Shown: positions 33,479 to 36,350 of the stretch, in pieces
How positions within the stretch are numbered: position 1 is the first letter of the stretch
Layout of the letters: each line of letters begins with the position of its first letter
Virus record (IMG/VR): IMGVR_UViG_3300014656_000073
Span: 1 to 36,350 of that record
Strand: one strand, 5' to 3'
Origin: a virus
Taxonomy: Duplodnaviria > Caudoviricetes
Length of the DNA stretch: 36,350 nt
Notes under the pieces: generated by a model
Databases searched by the model: none
Told to the model about the DNA's origin: nothing
Seen by the model: the letters and a program-made list of their open reading frames with translations, nothing else
Made by a program: the position numbers and the translations under genes

Positions 33479-33556
33479 CACCGAGCTAACCTGCCTATTT
33501 GTCGTGCACTTTTCTGGTAATTTGATAGACAAAGATACTTAGCGTGAAGCTGTTAC

Positions 33557-35314
33557 TCAAAAAGAGCAGCCCTCACATGATATGCCAGAGATGGTGCCAG
33601 GATTATACTCGTTTGCTCCTTGATCGGGTGCGGCGCCGTATAGGACTATTGTTCCATTAGAATCTTTATACAGCCAGATGCTTGCATCGTCTGCCCAACT
33701 CTTTGCAGATGCTAAAGTGATTGTATTGGTAGAATAATTAATATCAGATATTTGAACTATATTTCCAACAGTACCTATTGCTATCCAGTCAGCAGCAATG
33801 CTTGATATTGTAGCACCCATCGGGTTTGTTGCAGCAGCAGAGCCAGCTTGAAAATATAAAGCATTGTCAACAATAAGAGTGGTTGAAGATGAACCAGAGC
33901 CATTAGCTCGAGTTAAATATGTTCCACCATCAATACCTGTTGATCCCGATTGTAGTGATAAGTCGGGAAGGACTAAACTTGTCATATCTGACATGCTTGT
34001 GTTTGTAAATGTAGGTGATCCATCTGTGCACCCAACGTCCGAATCAGTAGCATCACAGAGATTGTTTGCCCATGTTGACCCTGAATAGACACAACTGCCA
34101 CCGAAGCAGACAGCATCACCGCCAACATTTGAATTAATTATGTTATTCCGCGTGTCACTACCAGCACCAACCTCTAAATAACCAAGGCCGTATTTTTCTA
34201 CATCAGCAGCTAGTACTTCTGTTCCTGTATATCGCCCGTTATAATAAATAGTATTATTATAAACTAAGTTACTGTCTGGTAGCCACGGACTTCCGTATGA
34301 TTTCCAGTAAATTCCTAAACCGTCACCACCAAAAATGTAGTTATATCTAAGAATATTTGATGCAGCACCAAGAGAAATACCGTCCGGCCCCGCGTTAACT
34401 GGATTAGCAGAAGCATGGCCGATCCTGTTTCCTTCTACAAGCATAAAACCATCGTTTGTTACACTATCTCTTGTTAAAGAAAGGTTGCGGTGTCCAAACT
34501 TTCCATCTCCTGGGTCGCTTCCTGCCGGATCAGGGCCAACATCGCATCCAGTTGGATCAGTTTTCCATCCGGCATTGTGCATAGCATTATTACGGATAAC
34601 AGTGTATTGTCCGAAAATGTCCATTGCAGAATGGCCCATTGAATAAATCTCATTATCCTCAATGGTATTATTACTTGATAATGCGTCAGAAGAATGTCCG
34701 ACCTTTATGCCGTCATGTCCTTCATCGCATCCGCTAAACCCCATATCGTGAATCTTATTATCGTGAACCCAATTATTTGTTGATGTGGTATGAAGATACA
34801 TTCCCGGTTGTTTCGATGCCCCATGTAAAGTCAGGCCTGTATGATATACTTCATTATCCGGCCCAATCTCGTTGTAGTTCCCACCAACTACTAGAACAGC
34901 TTGAAAGCAATCTTCAAACTTAATACCCTTTACTAGGGCATAATCATTAACTAAGTATGCCCCTATCTGATCTGTTGTTGTAGGTGGAGAACCTTGGAGG
35001 ATAACTACCTCTCTTGCTGCCCAAGTGCTTGCTGTGTATGGTTGGTATGTAATCCTGTTTGCAAGGGTACCGTTTGCAGCAGGGCTAATCCTGTTTGTTG
35101 ATGAAATAACATACGTTCCTCCTCTCAAATAAACAGTATCGCCAGCAGCGACATTTGTATTAGCAACACTTAACAGACAAGCAGCAGCTCCAGCTAACGG
35201 GGTTTCGCTTGAACAATTTTCCCATGTTGCTTCGCCTGTTGGTGATACCCAATACGCCCCATAAGCAGACGAGGCAAGCAAAAGTAATGGAATTATGAGT
35301 AGTCTTTTCATCAC
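33557..35314 (-). CDS. Right-handed parallel beta-helix protein (pectate-lyase-like; tailspike/depolymerase candidate) with signal-peptide-like N-terminus (585 aa)
   Basis: YWVSPTG, AGDTVYLRGGTY, Asn-ladder repeats (NNTIEDNEIY, TVIRNNAMHN, NLVYNNTIY), APDQGANEY C-terminus. Confidence 0.75.
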   Translation of the reverse strand: MMKRLLIIPLLLLASSAYGAYWVSPTGEATWENCSSETPLAGAAACLLSVANTNVAAGDTVYLRGGTYVISSTNRISPAANGTLANRITYQPYTASTWAAREVVILQGSPPTTTDQIGAYLVNDYALVKGIKFEDCFQAVLVVGGNYNEIGPDNEVYHTGLTLHGASKQPGMYLHTTSTNNWVHDNKIHDMGFSGCDEGHDGIKVGHSSDALSSNNTIEDNEIYSMGHSAMDIFGQYTVIRNNAMHNAGWKTDPTGCDVGPDPAGSDPGDGKFGHRNLSLTRDSVTNDGFMLVEGNRIGHASANPVNAGPDGISLGAASNILRYNYIFGGDGLGIYWKSYGSPWLPDSNLVYNNTIYYNGRYTGTEVLAADVEKYGLGYLEVGAGSDTRNNIINSNVGGDAVCFGGSCVYSGSTWANNLCDATDSDVGCTDGSPTFTNTSMSDMTSLVLPDLSLQSGSTGIDGGTYLTRANGSGSSSTTLIVDNALYFQAGSAAATNPMGATISSIAADWIAIGTVGNIVQISDINYSTNTITLASAKSWADDASIWLYKDSNGTIVLYGAAPDQGANEYNPGTISGISCEGCSF

Positions 35315-35859
35315 GGTGTTCCTTTAACAGTTACCCACAGTTTAGGAACATTACTGTATGCTGTTGTCCCATCTTTTTTAACACATATTTCCAAAGCAGA
35401 AACATCAGCAAGTGTCCATGCAGTATCATCGACAGGATCAGTTGTGCGTTCCCAAGTATATTCTATGTGTGATGATGTAACCGAATGAGAAGATGGTTCA
35501 AAATACGATGCCGCACCAGTACTTCTACCAAAGAAAAAATCTCCATTTGTGGTAAAAGCAATTCCATGGAATATTACTTTTGTTACGGTTGTAATTGTTG
35601 TCAGATCAGTAACATCAAAACAGTGAACCTGTGTGTCTGTAATTGAAGCAATACCATAAGCATCGTCTGCTAATAGATCGTTGTAATCTTCAGCACCACT
35701 CCCGTAATAAGTCCAGTTAGCTAGATACCCTGTTCCGTTTACAGTAAGGGCTTCTTCTATTACCCCAGAACCGCTTAGTCCATTCAAAACAGCGGGGGAC
35801 ATGGCTTCTGCGTGTGAAAAAAGAAAACAAAGTATTAAAGCATAATAAAATATTTTCAT
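35311..35859 (-). CDS. Beta-rich hypothetical protein with signal-peptide-like N-terminus (182 aa)
   Basis: MKIFYYALILCFLFSHAEA; AWTLADVSALEI motif seen in phage structural domains. Confidence 0.55.
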   Translation of the reverse strand: MKIFYYALILCFLFSHAEAMSPAVLNGLSGSGVIEEALTVNGTGYLANWTYYGSGAEDYNDLLADDAYGIASITDTQVHCFDVTDLTTITTVTKVIFHGIAFTTNGDFFFGRSTGAASYFEPSSHSVTSSHIEYTWERTTDPVDDTAWTLADVSALEICVKKDGTTAYSNVPKLWVTVKGTP

Positions 35860-36350
35860 ATTTCACCACCAATTCCTACATGAGCCGAAGTAACTTTCAT
35901 TAAAATATTCCCATTTGCCTCAAGAGATAAACCTTCTGTGCCGTCAGCAAGAACGTAGTCATCTTTAACTGTTCCATCCACACACGAATTTCCAACATTA
36001 TCCCGATCACCAGCACAACAAGCATATGGAACAGTAGAAGATTTACAATCTCTGTTTTCTTGTCTAACCGCAGGGTCTTGGCCGTATAAATATCTTACTG
36101 TAATGGTGCTTAAATCAGTTGGGAATGATCCACTCGACCTCGTTAGTTGAATTGTGGTTGCATCAACCCTTGCTGCTGTAATTGTTGCAGGGCTTCCGCT
36201 TTCTAAAACCTCAAAACCTAAGATGCCAGTTGTTGGAGTAAAGTCTGTGCCGCTATTGTGGATTATAGTTATATCAATATCATCTGTATCTGTTTTCTCC
36301 CACCACTTTATCGTTGGCCCCCTGAACGCCGTTTCTTTTCCTAAATGATA
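35856..36350 (-). CDS. C-terminal 164 aa of a beta-rich protein starting beyond the window
   Basis: Not in the track; frame read as open from 36350 (YHLGKETAFRGP...TVRYLYGQDP...GIGGEI*), TGA overlapping the next ATG. Confidence 0.6.
   Translation of the reverse strand, partial: YHLGKETAFRGPTIKWWEKTDTDDIDITIIHNSGTDFTPTTGILGFEVLESGSPATITAARVDATTIQLTRSSGSFPTDLSTITVRYLYGQDPAVRQENRDCKSSTVPYACCAGDRDNVGNSCVDGTVKDDYVLADGTEGLSLEANGNILMKVTSAHVGIGGEI

Noticed and set aside
1-36350. Diversity-generating retroelement, retron or integron integrase
   Set aside because: No reverse transcriptase or tyrosine recombinase motifs in any ORF. The repeat pairs found are nearly exact and do not show adenine-specific variation.

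Overview
Most of a tailed dsDNA phage genome, probably podovirus-like and circularly permuted, with a probable Desulfobacterota-type host. The minus-strand late module (1-17005) has terS, terL, a P22-like portal, scaffold, an N4-gp56-type major capsid, an O-antigen-ligase-like gene, tail/adaptor proteins and ejection proteins; it appears to continue at 33557-36350. A small plus-strand operon (17954-18811) sits behind a consensus sigma54 promoter. Two divergent early arms (minus 18914-26530, plus 26971-33478) carry a replication initiator, NinB, HNH nucleases, ERF, an exonuclease, SSB and about 40 small ORFs. Main discovery: both early arms are punctuated by about 21 integron attC-like hairpins (nnnTAAC...GTTnnnn with extrahelical bases) plus about 5 half-sites, with no integron integrase in the window. 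The end of each site is complementary to the end of the gene(s) downstream of it, as expected for excisable cassettes. The sites are inverted relative to canonical cassettes, and several carry an RBS and an N-terminal peptide in their loop. One near-identical 123-bp site is fused in frame to two unrelated ORFs. Also present are a tRNA-like RNA with a ~125-nt insert replacing the anticodon arm and a structured leader/terminator upstream of the replication gene. All calls come from reading the sequence; no database searches were run.
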